Assembly (NCBI GenBank): GCA_043228905.1
Contig: JBHGNT010000002.1
Location: 26,970,001 to 27,034,000 of the forward strand
Direction: 5' to 3'
DNA length: 64,000 bases
Origin: Azolla caroliniana
Lineage: Eukaryota > Plantae > Polypodiophyta
Of the stretch, positions 37,007 to 61,818 are shown piece by piece. The notes beneath the pieces were generated by a model. That model saw nothing but the letters and a program-made list of their open reading frames with translations, did no database searches and was not told where the DNA came from. The translations under genes and the position numbers were made by a program. Every line of letters begins with the position of its first letter. Positions within the stretch are counted from its first letter, which is position 1.

Positions 37007-40000
37007 TCACACAGTGCTTTCAGAGATGACCTCCTCAAATTTCATGAAGAGGTGTCCAGCTGAGGTGCTGCTGCTGTTACCACTGCCACTACCACTACCA
37101 CTGCCACTGCCCCCTTCTCCTCCTCCTCCTCCACCTCCTCCTGTCAGATCATCTTTGCTCTTGCTGTTCCCATATTCATCCAGATACCGCGGGTAGTGGA
37201 AAGCCAAATCCAAACCCAAGGGGGGTCCTGCAGGGGTTTTGGCGGCGGCACTTGGCACGAGTGCAAGTGGATACAGCGACACGAGCACCCTCACTACGTC
37301 GTTCATACTTGGCCTGCCTGATGGCTGCTTCTTGGTACACAGCAGAGCCAGCTGCACCGCCTTGGTCACTGCTGCGAGATCTGATCCATGCTCTGTATCC
37401 TTTAGTATGGGATCCACTGTATCCAATACAGCACCACTCTCACTTTTAGTGAGGACCTGCAAAACAAACAACTGTTGAGATCCCGATTCCTCTGTTAGCA
37501 CTTCGTTACGAATCATACATGTATGAGGAGCCATATTACCCATTGGTGCAGATTGGTTTCATCATCTACAGCCTTCCTTCCGGTTAACAACTCTAGCAGA
37601 ACTATCCCGAAGCTGTATACATCAGATTTCTCATTTAACCTTGACGTCCTTGCATACTCTGGGTCAATATAGCCAATGGTTCCCATTACCAACGTAGATG
37701 TGTGAGCTTTCCCCAAGGATATGTTTTTCGCAATCCCAAAATCTGTTAAATGTGCCTCATAACTCTCATCCAGAAGAATATTTGATGTCTTGATATCCCT
37801 GTGAACAATCCGAGGGCTGCAATCATGATGCAAATAGGCAAGTCCTTTGGCTGCCCCAATGGCTATGTTGAGTCTCAAGTCCCAATCAAGCTTCATCTTC
37901 TTTGATCCTAGAAAATTGTGGAATTTTTTGTTACCATCAAAGATTTCCACTAATATGTCTACCCTTATTTACCCCCGCATTGCCCCCACATGATTGATTG
38001 AGTGAACGTACCGTGTAACACATCCCAAAGGCTCCCATTTGCCATGTAGTCGTAGAAGAGGAGATTTCCATGTGGGGAGAGAGAGTATCCAAGTAAGCTG
38101 ACAAGGTTCCGATGTTTTATCCTCCCAACAGTATCAAGCTCAGCCTCAAACTCGGGGGTATTTTGTTGATAGTGCGTGTAAAGCTTTTTGACAGCAGCAG
38201 GCTTTCCACTTTTTAAGGTGCACTTGTATACTGTGCTTGAAGCTCCAAAGCCAATGGCATACCTTGGTCCAAGATTATCAGTCGATCTCATGATGTCGTC
38301 GAAAGTGTGGCCAGCGAGGTCCATGTGGAGAATAACGATTCGTGGAGGACCTGTAAAGTACTCATTCAGTACATGAGGTATTTCAGAAAATTTGTGTGGA
38401 AAATGATGATTTTAGATACCATATTGTTAACACAGCCCTTATCGTCATACCTTGTACAGGTTTGTTAACATCCTTCATTTCAAACTCATCAGATCTGTGA
38501 TTAGATTTCCATATCCACGCCACAAGTGCAAGTGCACACACTGCTCCACTCAGTCCCAATCCAATGAACAAATTTCTTGACTTAAAGCCTAGTAGCGTCA
38601 CTTCATTTGTTAGGTGACTTAGTGCCAAGAACCTTTGAAAAATTTGCATCAAATGTCTTTGATTTTCTATTTGCACTTACCATTAGATGGTTCAGAGACC
38701 GGGCCACATAGAAGCCCAATCTTCTTACCACAGAGACCTTTATTCCCACGGTAGCTACATTTAAAACAACAAATTGCAGAACAACTGCGGATTAAAAATC
38801 AAACAGATGTTTGAGGTTTCTGTGGGTACTTGGCCTATTTACATACCTTTGAGCTGTAAATCTCGTGAAGTTTTTCAATTCAGGTATCTCACCAGATAAA
38901 TTGTTATACGACAAGTTCCTGGTGCCATTATAAGTAGAACGAACATTAGATAACCATTGACTTTGTGGGAAGGCACTCATGTAAAAATTAATAACTTATA
39001 ACATATATGTGTGTGTGGTAATACTCACAAAGCCAGGAGACTCAAGCAGTTAGACAACTCTTGAGGAATCTCTCCGCACAAATCATTGTTATTAAGGTAC
39101 CTAGTTGGAAGGTATAAAATTTTTTAACCACAACCTTCATACCATGCAACATGCAGCACTCTATTGAAACGTGTTTTATAGATACTCACAATACGTTGAG
39201 GTCCTGGAGTTCACCCAACTCTCGAGGAATAGAGCCCGATAGATGATTGAATGAAATATCTCTGCAAGCATCCGTCACCCAGTACATCCATGAGGATATT
39301 CTTAACATTTGGCCACTCATAAAATAGAACAAATATAGTTTTAAGACTCACATTTCCTCTATGTCCCTCAAGTTACCAAACTCTGCTGGTATTGGGCCAG
39401 AGAGTTTATTTTTGTTTAAATATCTGTCAAGAACTCATACACAGTATGAGCTTATCATACCCATAGGTGCAACAAGCAACAAGCTAAGAACAAGTCAAAA
39501 TAATAGTCCTTACAATGTCATGAGATGTTCGAGATCACCTATTGAGTTTGGGATTGACCCAGTCAAAACATTATCCGATAAATCCCTGGAAAAATAACGA
39601 ATTTCACACATATCCTATTTAAACACACGAAAACTCTTAAGAATTATATGGCTCATAGGTGTTCCTTAATTACAGTGTATCTAGATTCCGGAATTGGCCT
39701 AGCTTATCAGGGATGCTTCCGTGCAAGTAATTGCTAGAAAGGTTCCTGTTTCGGTACATACGAAAGGTTTCCATAAGAAATAGTGGAAAACAGATTACAA
39801 ACAAACAAGCTTCTCCTGAAAAGTGATAATGACATAATGATTGACATTTGACTCACAAGTCAGTAAGGCTCACAATATCCTGAAACTGTTGTGGAATAGT
39901 ACCAGTTAATTGATTGCCATGTACATTTCTGCATTTTGCGATACAGAAAAACAAGTACATTGTCAATTATTTAACTTAACTATGTGTAAATGAACTGGAT

Positions 40001-43000
40001 TCGGGAAGAAAATATGAGATCTTGCTTACAGATAAGTTAATGATACACAATAGCTAAGCTCTTCTGGGATTGATCCCTCCAGCTGATTATTTGCAAGGTT
40101 CCTGCAGAGCAGAGAGTAATTATCATTTAATTCTCATTTATAGAACCAACCACAGCTATACCTTACAGATTGTATGGACCAACTAGGCATTTCTGATTAC
40201 ACCTGCTTGTGGCATTACTTACAGTTCAAAAAGCTCTTGCAGTTGTCCAAGCTCAGGTGGGATCTGTCCTGATAAGTTGTTGTGGTTGAGTTGCCTGAAG
40301 GCACAACCCAGATATTGCTCAGGTGTCGGCTAATGTCTACTGTCAATTAATGAATCCATGCTAAGAAAATGAAGCACTTACAAGTATTGAAGCTTAGTCA
40401 TATTTCCGAGCTCAGGTGGAATCGGTCCAGTAAGGCGATTACCTTGCAAATACCTGGACGCTCGAATAAAGAATCAATCATAACTGTTCTTTAAAGACCA
40501 TACAAATACAACTGTTGAAGTTATTACGTGCATTGACATAAATTATGAATAAGTCAATGCAACTCGCTCACAATTTCCCTGTGTATGACAGATTCCCGAA
40601 GATGGCTGGAATGGGTCCTTCAAGCTGATTGTTACTCAAGTCCCTGCCAGAAATATAGCATTGATATTTGAGGTTAATGCCGATGTTTATAATGTTCACA
40701 TCGGAGGGGGGGTGTTTTTTATATTGACACAAATTATGTGCTTACAAAACAGCTAAAGCTTGCATGAGTCCTATCACATCAGGAATCCTTCCTGTAAGCC
40801 TGTTGCCTTGTAATGATCTGTAGACATGTTTTATTCACCTCAGTTGGCTACTACTCAAACCTTTGCATAGCAAGATTGTGAGGCATAATATAGCCAGTGT
40901 TTACAAAATATATGCGGTGTGCAATCCCAATGTTCTATGTAAACTCAGTGGCAAGAAAGATTTGACTTGTGCACTTACAATGTTGCAACTTGTAGAAATC
41001 CAATGTTGAAAGGAATATTACCACTCAATTGGTTAAAGGACAAATCCCTAATGGCACATAAGAGGGCATTTCATGTATGAGTTTTTTTTATAAGCATACC
41101 AATAGTTTTGATTGGATTTAGCTGAAGAATCCGTGACAACTTACAAGATTTGGAAGCTTGTGCAATTGGCAATACTCTCTGGAATTTCACCTGTTAAGTT
41201 GTTATTACGTACATCACTGCATAATAACATTGCCTTTTATAAGAAAGGTTCAATTGTATGTGTGCGTGTGAATGAAATAATCAATTAATGTCCTAAGCTC
41301 CAAAGGCGAACATCATGCTCATTATAATACTCACAAATACCACAATCCAGTGAGCCTCCACATATCCTCAGACAAGGTGCCTGTTAACAAGTTGTTTCGG
41401 AGACCTCTGTATGGAAACAAAAAAATGAATTGTCTTATATCATCAATCAAAGTTGTAGGGGGGGCTTGCTTACTCACAAGTATTGCAATACTTCACTCCA
41501 GTAGATCAAAGATGGTATTTCTCCACTTAGAGAATTCTCTGCCAGATCTCTACAATGTGAATGTTATTAGTTCGATTCACACATAATTAGGACTTATAAG
41601 CATGCTATATAAACAAAATACTCACAGATTTTTCAAATTGGGTAATTGAGATAAGGTAGAGGGGATAGGTCCTGAGAGCTCGTTGGTCTTCATAATGCTG
41701 CATGGAGTTGGGCAGCAGAAGGTTAATAGCATGAAGTCAACTTTGGTTAGATCAATATTACGAGAAAAGGCATGGTGCATAATAGTAACTCACAAATTCT
41801 CTAGTTCCTTCAGCTTGGAAAGGGAGAATGGAATATCTCCTTCAATTTTATTATAAGAGAGATCTCTGCAAAACACAAAAGAAAATGGTTGAGATGCACT
41901 CCCATTTCCTATCAGCTACTGTGACAGCACCTTGAAGGTATTCACTTATAACTTCCTGCGCCAGGCTTACATCGTATTCAAATTGGAGCAATCACCAATC
42001 TCGTCGGGGATTTGTCCAGATATTGCATTGTGGCTCATGTTCCTACGTAACAGTAGGAATTAAGTCATCAATTGCAGATTAGAATTCTTCACACTGTCAA
42101 ATCTATGGTGGAGATACAAAGGAAAGTTCAAGGATTTAGAGTATACAAAAGTCTTACAAAATTTGCAAGTTCTTCAGTTGTCCTATTGATGGAGATATTT
42201 CACCGCTCAAATTCAGACCCGACAGAGACCTGGCAAAACCTTTGAACATGAGTCTTTGAAGATAATTACTGACGATACTTGATATGTGATAACAAAACAA
42301 TGTGAGATGTTTGATTGATTAATAAGTCTAGTTTACAAAACCTACATTTTTGCAACGTGGAGAGGTACTTGAATCAACAGAATCGATAAACTCGGAGACA
42401 AAACTAACAAATGCTTGTGTCACTGAAATGACACATTAAAATCGTGTCCTTCTATGAATTTACACTCTGTTGCAGTGCATTCAAATGCAATTTGCAGATG
42501 TGAAGGATTGATGGAAGGGGGAGGGGGAGGGGGGATTAAAGGTTCAAATGCATGCTCTATAGAGATTACAATACATCCAATATCCATGTAGTTGTAATAT
42601 GTTACAACAAAAGCATGTGTGTGCACAGCAGAGTCAACGAAATGCTAGTACAGGAATGCTATATGAGCATTAGGTACATGAAAGTGCCACGGAAAAATCA
42701 TTCTGGCCAAGAATGGGAACGATCTTTCTCAATTCATCAAGGGACTAGAATATGGCAGATGTTCAAACGATGGAGATTAAAGCTGTGACAGTTTAGATTG
42801 ATAAATTCTTGGAATTGAATTGGAGCGAAGACTTCTGGTGTTGACATGTGAGGATCATAATGCCAAGCCATGATGAATCGGGTGTTTTTAAATTTTCTGT
42901 TCCTTTTTCTAACCTAACGATGGACTGTCATACTAATCAAAGAGACAGAGACGAGGAGGAGGAGGTCTTGGATGTGAATTCACACACACCGACAGCAGGA

Positions 43001-43452
43001 TGCAGGGTAATTTAAAGAAGAAGAAGAAGAAGAAGAGCTTAGGGGGGGGATTATTCAGAAATGAAGATATTAATCTGAGGGAGGGAGGGAGGGAGGGGTA
43101 TAATGAGTTCTACTTACAGTTCCAAGACGTGGAAGGTGATGTTGTCACAGGATACCCCTCGCCAATAGCAGTGGTCCTGCTCTGACGAAGCTTCATCCCA
43201 TGTATACAGCTCATTGCTCGCATCCTTCAATGCCCTCTTCATGTACAGCAACGCTTGGCCTGAAGCAGAGCAAACAAACTCCATATCCCAATCAATGAAT
43301 GAAGGAATAAATACTTCTTATTAACAGGCAGTGGAAGGGAGGGAAGAGATAAGGCAGAGCAGACCTTCTTCTGGAATGCTGGCCAATACAGATGGAGGCA
43401 GGCATAGCTGCATTATGCAGACGAAGACGCTCAAGATCTTTAATGCAGCCAT
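37007..43452 (-). CDS. ERL: ERECTA-family LRR receptor-like kinase; about 27 exons
   Basis: Signal peptide [18 protein letters not shown]; LRR cap [17 protein letters not shown]; about 20 ~72-nt LRR exons; a TM segment; kinase motifs [40 protein letters not shown] and [26 protein letters not shown]; ER-type tail [12 protein letters not shown]. Confidence 0.96.
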
Positions 43453-44189
43453 GGTTGGGGGGTTGTGGAAATCTGGCTTCCTCAGCGCCACAATTGTCTG
43501 AGGAGAAGCTGGTTCGGGCTTTCTTGCTGAGAAGGATATCTCAGGGGAAGGTAATGCTCTTTCCTGTTCTAAATTCATCCATGAATCTGGTCAGTGAAGC
43601 CCTTCCTATATAAATAAATCGACAATGTAGGTTGAGACTAATGGTAGGCATATAATGCAGAGGGCTGGGGCGGAAGCAAATTAGGAGATGCCCAGGTAAT
43701 TAATTAAATTGTCTCTGTAGGAAAAAAGATGGGTTTTGGAATCGCCTGTAGATGATACTTAGACAATTTGTGTAAATTTGAGCTACCTTGTTGGACTAAT
43801 ATGCTTACTTCTTGTGGCCTGATCTGGACTAATTATTCAAGTCAAACAAACTAAAGCCAGCTCCATTACTGTTTTAATCTCTTCGCTGCAGGCGCAGGTG
43901 CATATACACTTATTAAAAAGAATTCATTCCTTTTGGTTTGGTGGCCTCTGAAGAGATTTCAAAGGGAGGAGGGGTAACAAGACGCAGAGATTTGTGATTG
44001 TGAAAGGGCCAGAGGTCAAAGTTGAATTAATTACGGGGATAAGAAGACGGTATTAAGATGGATGATGATGATGATGATGATGATTAGCTGAGCGAGCACA
44101 CAGTTACCATGAACGAACACGAGAAATAGGGAGAGAAAGAAAGGGGGGGGGGGGAGGGCTATTATTACTGCTGCTGTTACTAACTAACT

Positions 44190-44200
44190 AATACAGAGAC

Positions 44201-44232
<32 letters not shown>

Positions 44233-44473
44233 GAATGATGGCGATGGCGATGGCGATGACGATGATAATGATGGCGATGATGATGATGAAGATGAAGATG
44301 AAGAAGAAGAAGATGATTAACTATATGTACAGTCCTCCTCCTGACTGACTGATATGCGATAATTGACCTCTTTCTCTCATAGACTCTCTCTCTCTCTCTC
44401 TGTGTATCTGTCTCTGTTGCCTCTCTCAGTCTCTGGTGTGTGTGTGTGTGTGAGCAATGTCTACAAGCAAGCA

Positions 44474-44518
<45 letters not shown>

Positions 44519-44608
44519 CCCCCAAATTTTGGTTTTAATGCGATGCAGACGGAGTTGATGGGTTTGAAAAAGAAAACAAAAAAGAGGGAGAAAGAACAGA
44601 ACACAGAG

Positions 44609-44657
<49 letters not shown>

Positions 44658-44713
44658 GGGCAGAGCAGAACAGAGCAGTGCAGTCCTTTTGGTTTATGTC
44701 AACAGATACGGTC

Positions 44714-44761
<48 letters not shown>

Positions 44762-44785
44762 TCATTGCCCTGCTTCTCCAGACAG

Positions 44786-44819
<34 letters not shown>

Positions 44820-44820
44820 A
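44190..44820. repeat. Dense microsatellite cluster (GAT)n, (GA)n/(CT)n, (GT)n upstream of the ERECTA-like gene
   Basis: Direct inspection of the tracts. Confidence 0.92.
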
Positions 44821-44835
44821 TGTTCGCTTGCAATA

Positions 44836-44935
44836 NNNNNNNNNNNNNNNNNNNNNNNNNNNNNNNNNNNNNNNNNNNNNNNNNNNNNNNNNNNNNNNNN
44901 NNNNNNNNNNNNNNNNNNNNNNNNNNNNNNNNNNN
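44836..44935. other. Assembly gap (100 N)
   Basis: Run of N; its true length is unknown. Confidence 0.99.
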
Positions 44936-45032
44936 AAACAAAAATCTTGCTCTGCCAAACAAGCAATTGGGTCTTTTGTCTTTCTTGAATCGGACTACTT
45001 GGACACGACAGAAAAAAATTTGCATACATAAT

Positions 45033-45265
45033 GGTTCATTCACATTTGTCTTATTACAATGTGTTCTGATTTCGAAAGATCAATATTTACATACCTATTT
45101 CCATATTGGCACATAATGGTTGCAAGACAATCATAGATTCATAATTAGCAAGTTCATTCACATTTGTCTTATTATAATATGTTCTGATTTCGAAAGATCA
45201 ATATTTACATACCTATTTCCATATTGGCACATAATGATTGCAAGACAATCATAGATTCATAATTA
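45033..45265. repeat. Tandem duplication of about 118 bp
   Basis: GTTCATTCACATTTGTCTTATT...CATAGATTCATAATTA occurs twice. Confidence 0.9.
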
Positions 45266-45922
45266 ATTAACTTGCTACCTTCCCATCTGTCTTATACACG
45301 AAGTCATATAATTCATCAATAAATCATATTTCTAATGAACATAAACCATCAATAAAGTACATTTGCAAAGAAGATTTGCAATGAACAAAATTCATATATA
45401 AAGTACATTTGCAAAGAAAATAAAGTACATCATCGAAATAAGATTTACTTGCAGGTGTAGGAATGCTATTTCTCACTTTCACGGTTGAATTTCTTGTTGT
45501 CTTCTATTTGTAACGAAACTTCGTTAGTTAGTGCATCGTACTTTTTCTCATTTACTTGCATCACTTATCCCATGGTGTAGTTTGATGAAAACTGTCAATT
45601 CTCTGTTATGTGTCGTCAATTGCTATCATCCTTTGCATACTGCAAGCTGCTTGTGAAACCCTGACCCTTTTCTCGAATGCTTGTTTGTAGCCCTCCTCAA
45701 TTCAAAGAAGTATTCCAAAAAGTTGACTTATGGATAAAGGCCAAGTATAATGTTATTGCATACATGAACAGCCAAAAAATCGGTTAGAATAAGAGGATTG
45801 ACGTGATGAAAAGAGACAGTTTATCACTGCCGGATTTCCTGTAATGAGTTGTAACCATAATACAGCTTCACCCAACAAGAGACATAATTCTCCTCGGCAT
45901 AAAACAAGTATGATTGGGGTCT

Positions 45923-58299
<12,377 letters not shown>

Positions 58300-61200
58300 G
58301 GATCAACATAGCCCGCCCTAAGCTGCCTATGCGATGGAAAGAACCAGGAACCAAGAGTCGTTTACATACATTACCAACTGTGGAGTGAGAATCGTGAACG
58401 AACAGGTTGATCTACGACAAATCTGAGCTTTTTCCTGTGTAGGGGCATTTCAGCCTGGGACCACGAGCGGGAGCCATGTCTGCGTTGGTTCTAAAGATCA
58501 GGGGATCAAGGAACTGGACAGTGGAAACCCTAGACGCGATGGCTTCGTCTGTAGTGGTTACCGATTGCTGAGCAGAGCTGGCTGGTGCGATGGTAAGGGG
58601 AAAAGGCGGGAAATTTTGAGTGGAGGCACAGAGGCTCGTCATTGAAGGATTGATTGATTGGTACACGCGCGCACACACTCAGACCACGGTGGTGGTGGTG
58701 GTGGTGGTGGTGTCCATTGGGGTCATCAGGAAAAGCATGAAGGAAGCAAGCAAGTCCTCGAGCAGGCTCGATGAACTCTCAAAGGCCCAGTATAGAGCCT
58801 CCGGATTGTTTTTTGTCCCGACCGTGGTCATCCTAGACCCCGCTCATCGTGCACTCTACTCTATTCTTCGTGGCACTTTGCATCTGCGTTGAAGAAAAGA
58901 CCGAAATGTAATAGCTCTAGGAATATGTCGCTCATTTGCGTGCTCGAACTATATTGGGGCCACTTTTGCAACACGTGAGAAATGAATATACTCCAGCAAC
59001 AACTTTCACAACTGACTAGTAGTTCCGATGTCCATCCAGCATTTTTCCCTCGAATGATAGTGTATTATGCTTGTTTTCTTTTTCATTGAATCAATAGGTT
59101 TATATCAATCGTCAATATGTGTGATCTCAAGCTTGTAAGCAACATTTACTTGATCTCTCTCGACCTTGATGTTGCAAAGCATTGACTATTTGTAGTTTTA
59201 TATTTTCGACAATGTGTAGATCATGAATCCAAAATGCTTATGACAATTGTCCCACATTATTCTTTATTATGTAATGTTTCGATAACTTCACAAAATTATA
59301 TGACATGTAACTGCAATGGTTTGACATGGTTCTTTGATATGCAAAGCATTGATCATCTCGCGACATTCTTATGGAGCAATATGAGTCCTTTTTCCATGTA
59401 CTAGCAATTAGATATTGACCTTCACATTTTTAGTGGTGTATTATGCGTCTCGATACTTTCATTACATTCACTTGCAAATAGGTTATGTGTAACCAATCAT
59501 CTTCATGTGCATTGGTATATCTATCATGCATTAATTCCTTGTATACAATGGGGGTATAAACATACATTTCATTAATAGGCATCTAATTCAAGTTTAGCAC
59601 GTGATGTGTGAAGTGCAAATTCTTTATCACCGTCCTTTGTAGTTATGACCTTATGTGAATATATTTTGGAAACAAAATTCATTTCTATCATCGACTTCCT
59701 TTTCTTTCCACAAATCAATCAATTCAATATATCCATTGTTTTGGCTTTCACTCGACTTACTTTGGGAATTGAGTATTGTGTCCTCTTATTTCCTTCATTT
59801 CTTCCATCTCCATTAACGTGACAATTGTTGTACTTACTATTGTTGCCAAATGTTACGCACGGTTGAGAATCAAACTTAGCTTCCCAACGTGGGAACACAC
59901 CTTAGGAATAACTGAGTGTGTGAACAACCACCTTGTATCGTAATTAATGTGTCATAGAAGTGAAGTTCCATGACACATAGTTAGTGGGTAATTAAGTCTC
60001 CACCTCATTATCAAGATGTAGCTATAGTATGAGAGTATAGAGAGAAGGTGACTATATAAGCACCTTGTTAATACAATTTTCTAGTTTTCTATACACATGC
60101 GTGTGTGTCTCTCCCACACGCACACTCTTTCGACAACATAGAATCACACTCGATTCTAACCTATCTTCCTTCTTATTCTCTTTTGTGCCATATATGTCAT
60201 AAATTTCATCATTGACGCTTCAATGACAATATTTATTGGAATCATGTTGGGTTATTGTATCTGAATTTATCACCACAAGAAGTAACTCTAGATGTGTGGA
60301 TGGCGAGGAATTCCAATACTAAACACCATTTTAACATATAAACCCTATAGTCACGAATTTGGCTACCTCCCATCTTGATTTTTTCACGATGCACCCAAAA
60401 TTTCCATTATACTCAAGCTGCTCGTGTTTATTCATCTCCCATGCACGAGGAGACGAATGAATTGAGATGGGGTTCGGTTGAAGATTGAATGATATTATTG
60501 GCAAATGTGTCCCAAATGATCACTCTTATATGCATGTGTTAACTCATATGAAATAGTTGTACGGTGTACCCATACCATGAAAAAAAAAAGTTTGCAAACA
60601 TTATGAATACCATCCTCTCCCATTTTGATATTGTCATGTTTTAATTGACTAATATCACTTTTAAATGTGTGTTATTTATTTGTTCGAGATTAATCATGAC
60701 ATTAGTTTTAATAATCCATGAGTTTGTTCACCTCATTTCTAGTCTCCACATGCACGAACAATATGTTTGAATGTAGTGGGCCCATGTAGGGTATACAACT
60801 ATGAGTGAGTGTATTGTGGGGAACATATTCAAGTCCATTTTGGTTTGGATGTTCTACAATCTTAGTGAGCGCAAAGACAATTTTCAGATTAATCCTCATA
60901 CCTAACCAATGAAAATGTAAAGAAATTCACAAAGAATGATCATTATCAAATTGTAGCTAGTAGAACCGTTTTGGTAATTATTGGGTGGAAAACAAAGAAG
61001 AGAAGTATTCATTGGAAGCGGGACATGTTTTTTCTTCTTCTAAAACTTTGGGATGATGTGAAAGGTATATTATTTTAATTCCTCCATGGGATCCACACAA
61101 GTAGAGGGTGGGAACAATATGATGAAATTGATAAAAAGCCACATGGTTTGTCCCAAATGCTACTCCTCTTAGCGGCATGTAAAATATGTCAACAACCTCT

Positions 61201-61818
61201 AGAAACTTGGTGGAATTGTCACGAGACTCAAGAAAAATAACCATTTACCATTTGAGAGAACTCATGTGTCACGAGACCCTTGAGAAATAGCCAGGCATGT
61301 ATAATATACGAGTTGTGGCATGCCCCAACAGACACGAGCTCAGGAGCATGGCAAGTAAGTCGAGGGAGCCTCCAATAAACCTAGAGAGGTATCCCGCCCA
61401 TGTATAATTTACAAACTAGAGAGCATGGCAGGGATGCACAGACATAATTACGAGAATTGGCAGGGATAAACCCAGAGCCTTCGGGAGATTGGCGAGATTG
61501 TCAGGGGGACATCGAGATATACGAGCACATGTAACATTAGCAGGAAGCAAAGTCTCGCATGGTCATGCAAATCCCTGACCGGAATCCATGTGGTCAGTCA
61601 GGTATAGTAGTAAGGTCTCGGAGACACTTTCTTTCTCATGTTTGAAAAAGCAGCCAGCAGCTTTTTTAGTTCATTTTTGACGACGACGATGGTTAGGACA
61701 TGCCAAGTCGGGCGTGGAGCAGAAGTCTCGAAGAGCTCCCTCTCTCTCCATCCTCAGCAGGAGAGCGGACAGAGACTTCAGTAGGAGAGGGGACAGAGAC
61801 TGTCTGTCTGTCTTCGTC

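Noticed and set aside
44184-45116. His-rich and RE/LS-repeat ORFs
   Set aside because: Translations of microsatellites and of the N gap; no coding signal.
59860-61600. Possible LTR-retroelement relic between RECQ4 and the last gene
   Set aside because: Only compositional hints (TATA-like motif, CGAG-rich stretch); no paired LTRs or clear domains.
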